A DNA stretch of 51,200 nt, from positions 1 through 51,200 of IMG/VR virus record IMGVR_UViG_3300032278_004255; one strand, given 5' to 3'. The notes under the pieces were generated by a model. It saw only the letters and a program-made list of their open reading frames with translations, was not told the origin of the DNA and searched no databases. Position numbers and translations under genes: made by a program. This document shows, one piece after another, positions 26,337 through 36,809 of the stretch (position 1 is its first letter; the number at the start of each line of letters is the position of its first letter). Source of the DNA: a virus. Taxonomy: Duplodnaviria; Caudoviricetes.

Positions 26337-27038
26337 ATGCCCCGTCTGGTCACCCGCTCCGAACTCGCGCGCATCGCTGGCGTCTCGCCGGCCGCCATCA
26401 CCAAGGCCTGCAAGGCGAGCCTGAGCGAGGGGTGTGTCGGCAAGCGGATCGACCTCGATCACCCGGTGGTCGTCAAGTACCTCCGGAAGAAGGGCGTCGC
26501 GCCGACCTCGGACACGGTTTCGGCGCCGGCGGCGCGGTCGAAGCCGACGAAGCGCCGACCTCGATCAGCCAAGAAGCCAGCCGGGAAGAAGCCGCCCCAG
26601 CGACCGCCGAAGAAGAAGAGCTCCGCCAGCGCGGCCTCTCCGACCGACGTTCCCGACGTCACGGACGACGACATCGAGGCCTACGCCCACATGTCGCTCG
26701 ACGAGCTCGTGGAGCGCTTCGGGACGGCGACGGCGTTCAAGGACTGGCTCGACTCTCGGAAAACCATCGAGGACATCCGGCAGAAGACGCTGAAGAACAA
26801 CGAGATCGATGGGCGACTCATCAGCCGGGACCTCGTCCGAGCTCACGTCTTCGGCGCCATCGAGTCCGGAAACCGTCGGCTGCTGGGCGACTCCCCGAAG
26901 ACCATCGCCCGTCGTCTCTACGCGCTCGCGAAGAACGGCACGCCCGTCGAAGAGGCCGAGGCCATCGTGCGCGAGATCATCTCCAGCCAGCTCGCGCCGG
27001 TGAAGGCGCAGGCGGCGCGGGCGCTGCGGAATGCTTGA
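26337..27038 (+). CDS. Terminase small subunit
   Basis: N-terminal wHTH VTRSELARIAGVSPAAITKA; coiled coil; overlaps large subunit. Confidence 0.8.
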   Translation: MPRLVTRSELARIAGVSPAAITKACKASLSEGCVGKRIDLDHPVVVKYLRKKGVAPTSDTVSAPAARSKPTKRRPRSAKKPAGKKPPQRPPKKKSSASAASPTDVPDVTDDDIEAYAHMSLDELVERFGTATAFKDWLDSRKTIEDIRQKTLKNNEIDGRLISRDLVRAHVFGAIESGNRRLLGDSPKTIARRLYALAKNGTPVEEAEAIVREIISSQLAPVKAQAARALRNA

Positions 27039-29034
27039 CCTGGACATCGACGAGGGCGGCGAGAAGCTGTCCGACGAGGAGTGGCTGGCGCGGCAGTTCG
27101 AGGAGCTCACCACCGAGCTCGAGGTGCTCACGCCGTCCCAGTGGGCCGAGAAGAAGCGCTACCTCCCCTCGGAGGTCACGCCGCTGCCGGGCTACTACCG
27201 CTTCGAGGTCGCGCCCTACCTGCGCGAGGTCGTGGATTGCCTCGGGGTCGACTCGCCCGTACGCGAGCTCGCCTTCATGAAGGGCGTCCAAATCTGCGCC
27301 ACCGTCGGGGTGCTCGAGAACGCCATCGGCTACTTCATCGACCACGTGAAGACGGCGCCGGTGATGCTGGTCACCGCCGACGCCGAGCTCGTGAAGCTCC
27401 GGATGGAGAGCTACGTGATGCCGATGCTCCGGTACTCGGGGCTCGACCACCTCATCCGCAGCAACGACGAGAGGAACCCTCGGAAGACCGGTCGGACCGA
27501 CAAGAAGATCGAGTGGATGGGCGGCGGGTTCCTGATCCCGTTCGGCGCGCAGAACGCCAACAAGCTCCGCTCTGTGTCGATCCAGGTGCTCCTCAGGGAC
27601 GAGATCGACGGGTGGCCGGACATCGTCGGCAAGGACGGCGACCCGGTGAAGCTCAGCGGAGACCGGACGGCGTCCTTCGAGTCCTCGCGGAAGATCGCCG
27701 ACATCTCCACCCCGCTCATCAAGGGGCAGTCGAAGATCTCGGAGCGGTTCGCGCGCGGAGATCAGCGGCGGTACTTCGTCTGCTGCCTGAGCTGCGGATT
27801 CCCGCAGGTTCTTCGCTGGCGGCGCGAGGACCCAGAGACGGGTGAGCTCAGCGGCATCGTCTGGGAGATGAACGGCGGCCGGCTGGTCGCCGACTCGGTT
27901 CGCTACCGCTGCGCGAACTGCGGGCACGACCACGTCAACGACGACAAGACGAAGCTGCTCTCGCCGGACTACGGCGCGGAGTGGCGCCCGACCGCGGAAC
28001 CGGTGAGCCCGCAGGTGCGGAGCTACCACCTGTCCGCGCTCTACTCGCCGGTCGGCATGCAGACCTGGGCCGCCTGCGTTCAGAAGTGGCTCGACGCATG
28101 GGACGAGGAGCGCGGCCGGCCGCGGGACCTCGGCAAGCTCCAGGTCTTCTACAACAACGTCCTCGGCGAGCCGTTCGAGCTCCGCGGGGACAAGCTGCGG
28201 TTCGAGGCTGTCTCGAGCCACCGCCGTGCGGAGTACCGGTTCGGGCAGATCCCCAACCGCTTCGCCGCGACCTACGCAGGGAGTGAGATCGCGCTGCTCA
28301 CCTGCACGGTCGACGTCCACAAGCACGAGCTGCCCGTCGCGGTGATCGGCTGGACGCGAGGCGGGCGGGCGATCCTCGTCGATTACTGGCGCTTCGAGGG
28401 CGACACCGAGCAGCTCGACAACCCCGACACCTGGGGGCGGCTCCGGAAGCTGATCGAGACTCCGGGCCTGTACGTCGCCGACGACGGCAAGCGGTACAGC
28501 ATCGCGTGCACCCTCATCGACTCCGGCTACCGCACCGACGTCGTCTACCGGTTCTGCTCGGAGTACCAGGCCGGCGTGGCTCCCGTGAAGGGCCGCGACT
28601 CGGCGCCCAAGAGCGCCACCATCAAGCACTTCTCCGCCTACACGACGCCCGACGGCGTCACGGGCTACTCGGTCACCGTCGACCTCTACAAGGACCGATG
28701 GCACGGGGCCCTGCGGCGGTCATGGGACCGGCAGTCCCTCCAGCCGGCGCGTCACTTCAACGCGCCCCTCGACGCGACCGACGCCCAGCTGCGCGAGCTC
28801 ACCGTCGAGGTGAAGCAAGAGAAGATCGAGGCTCGCTCCGGTCGTCGCGTCGGGTTCCACTGGCACCGCCCGTCGGGCGCCGCGAACGAGCTGTGGGACC
28901 TGCTGATCTACGGCAGCGCGGCCCTGGACATCGTGGTGATGGAGGTCTGTCGCCACCAGCTCGGCATGGACCTCGCCAACGAGGTCGCCTTCTTCGACCT
29001 CGCCCTCGAGCAGCGGTTGTTCTTCCAGGAGTAG
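27031..29034 (+). CDS. Terminase large subunit, lambda GpA family
   Basis: PSQWAEKKRYL, MKGVQI, LLRDEID, ISTP, LSALYSP, TVDVH, IDSGY, NELWD. Confidence 0.95.
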   Translation: MLDLDIDEGGEKLSDEEWLARQFEELTTELEVLTPSQWAEKKRYLPSEVTPLPGYYRFEVAPYLREVVDCLGVDSPVRELAFMKGVQICATVGVLENAIGYFIDHVKTAPVMLVTADAELVKLRMESYVMPMLRYSGLDHLIRSNDERNPRKTGRTDKKIEWMGGGFLIPFGAQNANKLRSVSIQVLLRDEIDGWPDIVGKDGDPVKLSGDRTASFESSRKIADISTPLIKGQSKISERFARGDQRRYFVCCLSCGFPQVLRWRREDPETGELSGIVWEMNGGRLVADSVRYRCANCGHDHVNDDKTKLLSPDYGAEWRPTAEPVSPQVRSYHLSALYSPVGMQTWAACVQKWLDAWDEERGRPRDLGKLQVFYNNVLGEPFELRGDKLRFEAVSSHRRAEYRFGQIPNRFAATYAGSEIALLTCTVDVHKHELPVAVIGWTRGGRAILVDYWRFEGDTEQLDNPDTWGRLRKLIETPGLYVADDGKRYSIACTLIDSGYRTDVVYRFCSEYQAGVAPVKGRDSAPKSATIKHFSAYTTPDGVTGYSVTVDLYKDRWHGALRRSWDRQSLQPARHFNAPLDATDAQLRELTVEVKQEKIEARSGRRVGFHWHRPSGAANELWDLLIYGSAALDIVVMEVCRHQLGMDLANEVAFFDLALEQRLFFQE

Positions 29035-29036
29035 CG

Positions 29037-29291
29037 ATGCCCGTCGATCGCGAGTGGCTCGACGACCGGATCGAGCGGACCAAGGCGATGATCATCGCGC
29101 ACGAGAACGCCATCGAGGCGCTCTCGGGCGGCGCCCAGATGTACCAGCTGGACACCGGTCAGACCCGGCAGATGGTCACGCGGGCGCAGCTCTCCCAGCT
29201 CCGGATGGCCCTCGACTCGCTCGAGAACCGGCTCTCGACCCTCTACGCGCGCCGCAACGGCGCCGGCCTGCACATCAAACCCGGCTTCTGA
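29037..29291 (+). CDS. Head-tail joining protein (gpW-like)
   Basis: YQLDTGQTRQMVTRAQLSQL; between terminase and portal. Confidence 0.75.
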   Translation: MPVDREWLDDRIERTKAMIIAHENAIEALSGGAQMYQLDTGQTRQMVTRAQLSQLRMALDSLENRLSTLYARRNGAGLHIKPGF

Positions 29292-29294
29292 ACC

Positions 29295-30947
29295 ATGGAC
29301 CCCACCGCCCGCGCCGAGATCCAGCAGCTCGAGGCGCTGGAGGCGGACATCGCGAGGGGGGTCGAGTCCATCTCGGCCCAGCCGCCACGAGTCTCGGTCT
29401 CGGCCCTCGCGCCCTGGACTCCGGCTTGGCACGACGGGGAGAAGTTCTTCGGGGGCTTCGGTCCGACGCAGCTTCTGACCGCGGACTACTGGACGCTGCG
29501 CGCGAGGAGCGCCCAGCTCTTCAGGACCAACCTCTACGCGCGCGGGATCATCCGCCGCTTCATCACGAACGTGATCAACACCGGCCTCCACCTCGAGGCG
29601 GTGCCGGACGAGTCGATCCTCGGAGTCGAGGAGGACGCGCTCTCCGACTGGTCCGAGCTCACGGAGAACCGCTTCGCGATCTGGGAGAAGGCCCGGCACT
29701 GCGATCAGCGAGAGCTGCTCTCCTTCGGCAAGCTCCAAGCCGCGGCGTACCGAGAGGCCCTCGTCGCCGGCGACGTGCTGGCCGTCCTCCGGCAGGACCG
29801 TCGCACCGGGCTGCCCAGGGTGCAGCTGATTCCGGGCAGCGCGGTGCAGAGCCCGCTCGAGTCGCCCCGCCGAGGCAACAGGATCGAGCACGGCGTCGAG
29901 CTCGACGCCTCCGACCGGCAGGTCGCCTACTGGGTCACCCAGCGGGACGGGACGTCGAAGCGACTCCCGGCCTGGGGCGAGAAGTCCGGCCGGCGCATCG
30001 CATGGCTGGTCTACGCCGTGGACAAGCGCCTTGACGACGTTCGAGGGGAGCCGCTGCTGTCGCTCGTCCTGCAGTCGCTCAAGGAGATCGACCGGTACCG
30101 CGACAGCGTCCAGCGCAAGGCCGTCATCAACTCGATGCTGGCCATGTTCATCAAGAAGTCCTCGGACAAGCCCGGGACGATGCCCATGGCCGGCGGAGCC
30201 ATCCGACGAGCCAGCGTGCTGGCGCACGACGCGGCCACGGGAGAGACGCGCAGCTTCAACAGCGCCGACCAGATCCCCGGATTCGTCATCGACGAGCTCC
30301 AGGAGGGCGAGGAACCGAAGTCGTTCGGGTCGCAGGGCACCGACGAGAAGTTCGGCGACTTCGAGGAAGCCATCGTGCAGGGCGTCGCGTGGGCGCTCGA
30401 GGCACCGCCCGAGATCCTCCGCCTCGCGTTCTCGAACAACTACTCGGCGAGCCAGGCCGCGATCAACGAGTTCAAGATGTTCCTCAACCGAGTCCGAACG
30501 GACTTCGGCGAGGACTTCTGCGCACCCGTGTACGAGGAGTGGCTGCTCTCCGAGGCGCTCGCCGGACGCGTCGACGCGCCAGGCCTCATCGAGGCGCGCC
30601 GCGACCCCGCCCAGTTCGACACGTACGGCGCGTGGATCGCGTCGGAGTGGGCGGGCCAGATCAAGCCCGCCGTCGACCTGTCCAAGCTGGTGCGCGGCTA
30701 CAAGGAGCTGCTCGGCGACGGGCTGATCACGAGGGACCGGGCCAGCCGCGAACTCACAGGGATGAAGTTCTCGAAGGTCGCCAAGCGGCTCCGCATCGAG
30801 AACGAGCAGCTGATCACCGCGCTCGCGCCCCTGGCTCCGCTGCTCAGCAACCCAGAGCCGGTCAACGCGCCCGAGCTCGACCCCACCGATGACGAGCCTG
30901 CGGCTGTGGTGCGGCTCCCAGGCGTCGCCGGGACGAGGAATTCATGA
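29295..30947 (+). CDS. Portal protein, lambda family
   Basis: LRARSAQLFRTNLYARG, GVELD, VRGEPLL, NYSASQA. Confidence 0.93.
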   Translation: MDPTARAEIQQLEALEADIARGVESISAQPPRVSVSALAPWTPAWHDGEKFFGGFGPTQLLTADYWTLRARSAQLFRTNLYARGIIRRFITNVINTGLHLEAVPDESILGVEEDALSDWSELTENRFAIWEKARHCDQRELLSFGKLQAAAYREALVAGDVLAVLRQDRRTGLPRVQLIPGSAVQSPLESPRRGNRIEHGVELDASDRQVAYWVTQRDGTSKRLPAWGEKSGRRIAWLVYAVDKRLDDVRGEPLLSLVLQSLKEIDRYRDSVQRKAVINSMLAMFIKKSSDKPGTMPMAGGAIRRASVLAHDAATGETRSFNSADQIPGFVIDELQEGEEPKSFGSQGTDEKFGDFEEAIVQGVAWALEAPPEILRLAFSNNYSASQAAINEFKMFLNRVRTDFGEDFCAPVYEEWLLSEALAGRVDAPGLIEARRDPAQFDTYGAWIASEWAGQIKPAVDLSKLVRGYKELLGDGLITRDRASRELTGMKFSKVAKRLRIENEQLITALAPLAPLLSNPEPVNAPELDPTDDEPAAVVRLPGVAGTRNS

Positions 30948-32095
30948 CCCAACCCAAGCAGATCTTCGCGGTTCGCGGCGAAGGAACCGACACCCTCGAG
31001 CTCGACGTCTACGACGTCGTGGGTGGCTCATGGTGGAGCGACGGCGTCACCGCCAAGGGCGTTCGTAGCGCGCTGAAGAGCAACGCCAACGCGAAGACGA
31101 TCAAGCTGCGCGTGAACTCCCGCGGCGGCGACGTCTTCGAGGGCACCGCGATCTACAACCTCCTCCGCGACCACCCGGCCAACGTGGTGGCCGACGTCGA
31201 CGCGCTCGCGGCGAGCATCGCCTCCGTGATCCTCATGGCGGCCGACGAGATTCGCATCGCGCCGGGCGCGATGGTGATGATCCACAACCCCTGGGCAATC
31301 AGCCTCGGGGAGGCCGACGACCTCCGTTCGACGGCGGACCTTCTCGACAAGGTGCGTGGCCAGATGGCCGACATCTACGCCGCCCGCACCGGGCTCGCCC
31401 ACGAGCGTCTGCTCGAGATGATGGCGGCCGAGACCTGGATGACGCCGGAGGAGGCGAAGGCGAACGGCTTCGCGGACGTGATCAAGAGCGCGTCCCAGGG
31501 AGCGACGAAGGCGCGCGCCCTCGCGGCGCTCGACCTCTCCGGCCTCACCGTTCCGCGGGACTTCAACGCGGCCGTAGAGCGGGCGCGCGCGGAGCTCGCC
31601 ACCCCGCCCAACGAGACCACGCGCGCGGCAACCCCGCCGCCGCCCGACGACGCGCCCGCCGGTGGCGAGCGCCCGAACCGACGCGAAGGCCCCTCGGCGC
31701 CTTCCGAGCCGAGACAGGAGAAGAATTCCATGGAGAAGCTGGACCTCAGGACGCTCCGTTCTCAGCACCCCGACCTCTTCGAGGCGGCCGTGCAGGAGGG
31801 CGTGAAGGAAGAGCGCGACCGCGTCTGCGCCCACCTCACGATGGGCGAGCAGTCGGGCGACCTCAAGACCGCCTTCGGCGCCATCCGGGCGGGCGACGGC
31901 ATGACCCAGACGCTCACCGCCACCTACCTGGCGGCGGGCATGAACCGGGCCGAGCAGACCGCGCGGCAGACCGAGACCGACCAGGCCGGCGACGCGGTGG
32001 CCGGGGCCGAGCCGGCCCCGGAGGAGCAGCCCGACCTCGGCGCCCAGGTGATCGACATCATCGAGGCGCGCCGCGGCAAGAAGGCGGAGGGCTGA
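30944..32095 (+). CDS. ClpP-type head maturation protease with C-terminal scaffold region
   Basis: VNSRGGDVFEG, LAASIASVI, MIHNPW, ETWMTPEEA. Confidence 0.92.
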   Translation: MTQPKQIFAVRGEGTDTLELDVYDVVGGSWWSDGVTAKGVRSALKSNANAKTIKLRVNSRGGDVFEGTAIYNLLRDHPANVVADVDALAASIASVILMAADEIRIAPGAMVMIHNPWAISLGEADDLRSTADLLDKVRGQMADIYAARTGLAHERLLEMMAAETWMTPEEAKANGFADVIKSASQGATKARALAALDLSGLTVPRDFNAAVERARAELATPPNETTRAATPPPPDDAPAGGERPNRREGPSAPSEPRQEKNSMEKLDLRTLRSQHPDLFEAAVQEGVKEERDRVCAHLTMGEQSGDLKTAFGAIRAGDGMTQTLTATYLAAGMNRAEQTARQTETDQAGDAVAGAEPAPEEQPDLGAQVIDIIEARRGKKAEG

Positions 32096-32098
32096 GCC

Positions 32099-32497
32099 GT
32101 GCCCAACATGACGATCACGAACCTCGACAACGGCACGGTCCTCATCGGCGAGGGCGAGTTCAGCGACGAGCTGCTCACCTTCGGCGGGGCCGACACCATC
32201 GCGGAGGGCACCATCCTGGCGCGCGACAGCGGCACCGGGAAGATGGTCCCCTTCGACCCGGACGACGCCGGCGGCGTCGACCACGAGGTCGCCAAGGCGG
32301 TCCTGACCTACCCGGTCACGGCGACCGGCGCCGGCGACGTGGCCATCCGGGCTCTCATCTTCGGGCGCGTCAACGCGGACCGGCTCGTCGTCGACGACGG
32401 CGCGACCGTGACGGCGGCCATCAAGGACCAGCTGCGAGGCTACGGCATCACCCCGGTGAGCGTCAGCCAGCTCTCGCAGCTGGACACCCAGGACTGA
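32099..32497 (+). CDS. Head decoration protein (gpD-like)
   Basis: IAEGTILARDSGTGK, QLRGYGI; position before capsid. Confidence 0.8.
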   Translation: MPNMTITNLDNGTVLIGEGEFSDELLTFGGADTIAEGTILARDSGTGKMVPFDPDDAGGVDHEVAKAVLTYPVTATGAGDVAIRALIFGRVNADRLVVDDGATVTAAIKDQLRGYGITPVSVSQLSQLDTQD

Positions 32498-32508
32498 AAG
32501 GGACCGCC

Positions 32509-33585
32509 ATGAGCGACGCAACGACGAAGCGGATGATCTCGGCGTACATGGACGACGCCGACGCGCCCATGTTCCTGTCGGGCTTCTTCCAGAGCCCGCC
32601 GCGGAACTTCCACACCACCGAGATGGTGGAGATCGACATCGAGCGGGACGACCCCGAGGTGGCGATCGTGGTCACCGACCTGAAGGCCGGCGGCCGGAAG
32701 AACGAGATCGGCCAGTACACCAACAAGGGCTTCACCCCGCCGATCTTCAAGGAGGAGGGCGTCATCACGGCGTTCAACCTCATGAAGCGTCGTCCCGGGC
32801 AGAACCCCTTCCAGGACCCGAACTTCCTCGCGAACGCGACGGAGGAGGCGTTCCGCCTCTTCCGGAAGCTCGAGAAGAAGATCCGGCGCGCCATCGAGCT
32901 CCAGGCCTCGCAGGTCCTCCAGACCGGCGTCCTCACCCTCATCAACGAGGACGGGGTCGCCGCCTACACCCTCGACTTCCAGCCGAAGTCGACGCACTTC
33001 CCGGCGGCCGCGGCCACCTGGGCCGGCGCGAGCGACAAGCTCCTCGACCTGGAGAACCTCGCCGACGTCATCCGGCGCGACGGCAAGTCCCAGCCGCGCC
33101 GGCTGGTCTTCGGGCAGACGGCGCTCCGTCGCTTCCTGGCGGACAGCGCGGTGCAGGCCCGCCTCGACTCTCGCAACATGACGGTCGGCTCCATCGCCCC
33201 CGAGACGCGGGGGCAGGGAGCGACCTTCCAGGGATGGGTCTGGATCGGTCACTACCGGTTCGAGATGTGGACCTACGACGGGTTCTACAAGCACCCCCAG
33301 ACCGGCGTCCTCACCCCCTACGTCGGGACCGACAACGTCATCATGCTGTCGGAGGGCAGTCGCCTCGACCTGACCTACGGCGCCATCCCGATGATCCGCG
33401 GCCCCGAGACCCGCGCGCTGCCCTTCCTCCCCCCGCGGATGAGCGACGGCGGCCTCGGCCTCGACCTCACCACCAACAGCTGGTTCTCGCCCGACGGCGA
33501 GACGCTGAACGTCTCCGCGGGCACGCGCCCCCTCACCATCCCCACGGCGATCGACACCTTCGGGTGCCTCGACACCACCACCTGA
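32509..33585 (+). CDS. Major capsid protein, lambda E family
   Basis: FLSGFF...VEIDIER, FTPPIFK, IELQASQVLQTG, TRPLTIP. Confidence 0.9.
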   Translation: MSDATTKRMISAYMDDADAPMFLSGFFQSPPRNFHTTEMVEIDIERDDPEVAIVVTDLKAGGRKNEIGQYTNKGFTPPIFKEEGVITAFNLMKRRPGQNPFQDPNFLANATEEAFRLFRKLEKKIRRAIELQASQVLQTGVLTLINEDGVAAYTLDFQPKSTHFPAAAATWAGASDKLLDLENLADVIRRDGKSQPRRLVFGQTALRRFLADSAVQARLDSRNMTVGSIAPETRGQGATFQGWVWIGHYRFEMWTYDGFYKHPQTGVLTPYVGTDNVIMLSEGSRLDLTYGAIPMIRGPETRALPFLPPRMSDGGLGLDLTTNSWFSPDGETLNVSAGTRPLTIPTAIDTFGCLDTTT

Positions 33586-33599
33586 TCCAGGAGCGGCTC

Positions 33600-33950
33600 A
33601 TGGCGAAGAACAGCAACAGCAGCAAGGCGTCGGGCGGCGCCGCCGTCTCCGGCGGCGCGGTCCGCTCCAGCGACTCGAGCGAGCCGTCCGGCAAGGGCGA
33701 CGAGCCCAAGCCCAAGGCCCCGCCCGACGAGCGGCTGCCCGAGGAGCAGCCGCGCGAGGGCGCCAAGGCGAGCGCCGACGGGTCGGAGAACGGGAAGACC
33801 AAGGCCCCCTTCACCGTCGCCAAGGGCAAGTCCGTCAGCTCGCGCCGAGGCATCCTCGGACCGGGTGACGAGGTCAGCGCCCGAGACTTCGCCGCCGGCG
33901 CCGAGCGCCTCGACGAGCTCGTGGACGCCGGCGTTCTCGTCAAGGCGTGA
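33600..33950 (+). CDS. FI-like/low-complexity head accessory protein
   Basis: Start MAKNSN; C-terminal GILGPGDEV...LDELVDAGVLVK. Confidence 0.65.
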   Translation: MAKNSNSSKASGGAAVSGGAVRSSDSSEPSGKGDEPKPKAPPDERLPEEQPREGAKASADGSENGKTKAPFTVAKGKSVSSRRGILGPGDEVSARDFAAGAERLDELVDAGVLVKA

Positions 33951-34336
33951 GCCTGCGCGACCAGGCCGCCGCCGACGCGCTCTCGTTCCTCGAGGACGAC
34001 GTCGGCGGCTTCGGCTGCGACATCATCATCACCACGCCCGACGGCGTCGAGCTCGAGCTGAAAGGCTACGCGGCCGACATCGGGCACACGATCGACCCGG
34101 AGACGAGTCAGGCGGTCAGCGGCCGCCGAGCGTCGGTCGCTCTCCCGATCGCGCGCTTCACCGCTGCCGGCGTCGACCTCCCTCGGCACGTCGCCGATCG
34201 CGGCTCGCGCCCATGGGTGGTCCAGGTCGCCGACATCGAAGGGCAGTCGCACACCTACGCGGTGGCCGAAGCGATGCCAGACCGCGCCATCGGCGTCGTG
34301 ACCTGCCTGCTCGAGGCGTACCGCCCGACTCCGTGA
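33947..34336 (+). CDS. Head-tail connector (FII-like)
   Basis: Position; DIGHTIDPET. Confidence 0.65.
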   Translation: MSLRDQAAADALSFLEDDVGGFGCDIIITTPDGVELELKGYAADIGHTIDPETSQAVSGRRASVALPIARFTAAGVDLPRHVADRGSRPWVVQVADIEGQSHTYAVAEAMPDRAIGVVTCLLEAYRPTP

Positions 34337-34342
34337 GGCCAG

Positions 34343-35020
34343 ATGCCCGCCAGACTCACCGACCTGATCGACAAGCGGGACACCTTCGAGGTCCTGCGGG
34401 ATGAGGTCGCGGCGATCCTCGCAGTCGAGATCGCCGAACAGAAGGCCCTCGCGGCCGCGGCCGCGCGCGACCCCGACGAGTGGGACCTCAACGTCTTCGT
34501 CGAGCGCGCTCACCCCTGGGCCGAGTTCATCGACTCGCCGGCGACGGCACCCCCGATCGTCAACGTCTCCTACGACAATCAGAACTTCGACCGCGGCGCA
34601 TCCAATGCCGTCGAGCGGCAGAAGGCCACCGCGGTCTATCACCTCGACTGCTACGGCTACGGGATCGCGAGTTCCGACGGGGCCGGCGGGCACGTCCCGG
34701 GCGACCGCATGGCGGCCGAGGAAGCGCAGCGAGCGGTTCGACTGGTGCGCAACATCCTGATGTCCGGCGCCTACACCTACCTGGGGCTCCGCGGGACTGT
34801 CTGGAGACGGTGGGTGCAGTCCATCACGATGTTCCAGCCGCCCCTCGAGGAGCGAACCGTTCAGCAGGTCGTCGCGGCCCGCATCGCGCTCGAGGTCGAC
34901 TTCAACGAGCTCTCTCCGCAGGTCGCGGGCGACGAGCTCGACCTGGTCTCCGCCACCGTCACGCGGAGCGCCAACGGACAGATCCTGATCAACGCCGACT
35001 ACGAACTCGGCGGCTCCTGA
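34343..35020 (+). CDS. Tail terminator-like protein
   Basis: Position before sheath; YHLDCYG. Confidence 0.65.
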   Translation: MPARLTDLIDKRDTFEVLRDEVAAILAVEIAEQKALAAAAARDPDEWDLNVFVERAHPWAEFIDSPATAPPIVNVSYDNQNFDRGASNAVERQKATAVYHLDCYGYGIASSDGAGGHVPGDRMAAEEAQRAVRLVRNILMSGAYTYLGLRGTVWRRWVQSITMFQPPLEERTVQQVVAARIALEVDFNELSPQVAGDELDLVSATVTRSANGQILINADYELGGS

Positions 35021-35029
35021 GGAGAAGAA

Positions 35030-36796
35030 ATGGGCGTAGACGCATCGGCCGTGGCCAGGGTGCTCGGCATCGAAACCAGCTTCGAGGATCGGCGCGCCGG
35101 CGGCGTGCTGTTCCTCCCGCAGCGCCTCGTCGTGATCGCCCAGGGGGCGAGCGACGCGGTCTACTCCTCGGCCAAGCGCCAGGTCACCGGCGCGCAGGAG
35201 GGTGGCAGCGTCTACGGCTACGGGAGCCCGATCCACCTGACGCTGCGTGAGCTCTTCCCGCTGAACAACGACGGCGTCGGCACCATCCCGGTGACCGTGA
35301 TCCCCCTCAGCGACCACGCGTCCGGGGTCGCGGCGGCGGGGGACATCACGCCGACCGGAAGCCAGACCAGGCAGGCGGCCTACCGGGTGAAGGTGAACAA
35401 CATCCTCTCCGAGGCGTTCGTGATCCCGGTCGGCGCCAGCGTCACCGCGATCTGCGCGGCGATCGGGCAGGCCGTCGCGGCCGTGCTCGAGATGCCCGTG
35501 GCCGTGAGCTACGCCTACGGCTCCATCACGGCGACGCCGGACGGCGGGAACACCGGCGACGGGACGGTGACCGGGCTGTCGGCGAGCGGCACCCCTGTGC
35601 CCGGCGACTACACCCTTGAGTGCACGGCCACGGCGGCAGACGGCGGGACCTTCCGCCTCCTCGGGCCCGACGGCGCCGAGGTCGCCTCGGGCCTGGCCCT
35701 CGCGGGTGGCACGCTCGCGGTGGACGAAGGCGGCCTCGCCTTCACGATCAACGACGGAGCCACCGACTTCGCCGAGGGCGACAGCTTCACCATCGCCGTG
35801 CCCGCCACCGCGGTGAACCTCACGGCGAAGTGGAAGGGCGCCAGCGGGAACGCGCTCTACGTCGAGCTCGAGGGCGAGGACTACGGCGTCACCTTCACGG
35901 TCACCCAGCCGACCGGCGGGCTGGTCAATCCCAGCGTGCAGCCGGCGCTCGATCTCATCGGCGACGTCTGGGAGACGATGGGGCTCAACGCCCTCGACAT
36001 CGCGGACACCACCGCCCTGGACGCGCTCCAGGCGTTCGGCGACGGCCGGTGGGGGGCGCTCGTCCGAAAGCCCATCGTGTTCTTCACGGGGGTCACGGAG
36101 GCCACCGTGGCGGCGGCCACCGCCGTCTCGGCGACTCGGCGTGACGACCGGGTCAACGCCCAGCTCGTCTCGCCGGGCTCGCGGGATCTCCCCTTCGTCG
36201 TGGCGGCGAGGCAGCTCGCGCGCATCGCGGCGGTCGCGAACAACAACCCGCCGACCGACTACGGCTCGCAGCGCGCCACCGGACTCACGCCCGGGGCGGA
36301 CTCGGTGCAGTGGGACTACGTCCAGCGCGACCAGGCCGTGAAGGCGGGGAGCTCCACCGTCGTGGTGAAGAGCGGCGTGGTGAACATCGGGGACGTGGTC
36401 ACGTTCTACCGGCCCGAGGGCGACCCGCTGCCGGCGTACCGGCACGTGGTCGACATCGTCAAGCTCCAGAACGTCATCTTCAACGTCGACCTGATCTTCA
36501 ACCGCGAGGAGTGGGACGGCGCGCCTCTGATCCCCGACGACCAGCCGACGGTGAACCCCAACGCTCGGAAGCCCCTCAGCGCGAAGGCGGCGGTCGGCGA
36601 CAAGCTCGATTCACTCGCGCTCAACGCGATCATCAGCGACGCGAAGACCGCGAAGAAGAACACCGTCGCGGTCATCGACCCCGGCAACCCGAGGCGGCTG
36701 AACGTGACCGTGCCGATCCAGCTCTCGGGCAACACCAACATCATCGACGTCGCGCTGAAGTTCGGCTTCTTCTTCGGCAGCGCGGCGGGCGCCTGA
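35030..36796 (+). CDS. Contractile tail sheath (Mu gpL-like) with inserted beta domain
   Basis: YGYGSPIH, AAAGDIT, LTAKWKGASGN, DVVTFY. Confidence 0.88.
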   Translation: MGVDASAVARVLGIETSFEDRRAGGVLFLPQRLVVIAQGASDAVYSSAKRQVTGAQEGGSVYGYGSPIHLTLRELFPLNNDGVGTIPVTVIPLSDHASGVAAAGDITPTGSQTRQAAYRVKVNNILSEAFVIPVGASVTAICAAIGQAVAAVLEMPVAVSYAYGSITATPDGGNTGDGTVTGLSASGTPVPGDYTLECTATAADGGTFRLLGPDGAEVASGLALAGGTLAVDEGGLAFTINDGATDFAEGDSFTIAVPATAVNLTAKWKGASGNALYVELEGEDYGVTFTVTQPTGGLVNPSVQPALDLIGDVWETMGLNALDIADTTALDALQAFGDGRWGALVRKPIVFFTGVTEATVAAATAVSATRRDDRVNAQLVSPGSRDLPFVVAARQLARIAAVANNNPPTDYGSQRATGLTPGADSVQWDYVQRDQAVKAGSSTVVVKSGVVNIGDVVTFYRPEGDPLPAYRHVVDIVKLQNVIFNVDLIFNREEWDGAPLIPDDQPTVNPNARKPLSAKAAVGDKLDSLALNAIISDAKTAKKNTVAVIDPGNPRRLNVTVPIQLSGNTNIIDVALKFGFFFGSAAGA

Positions 36797-36809
36797 GGAG
36801 GGCTAGTCC

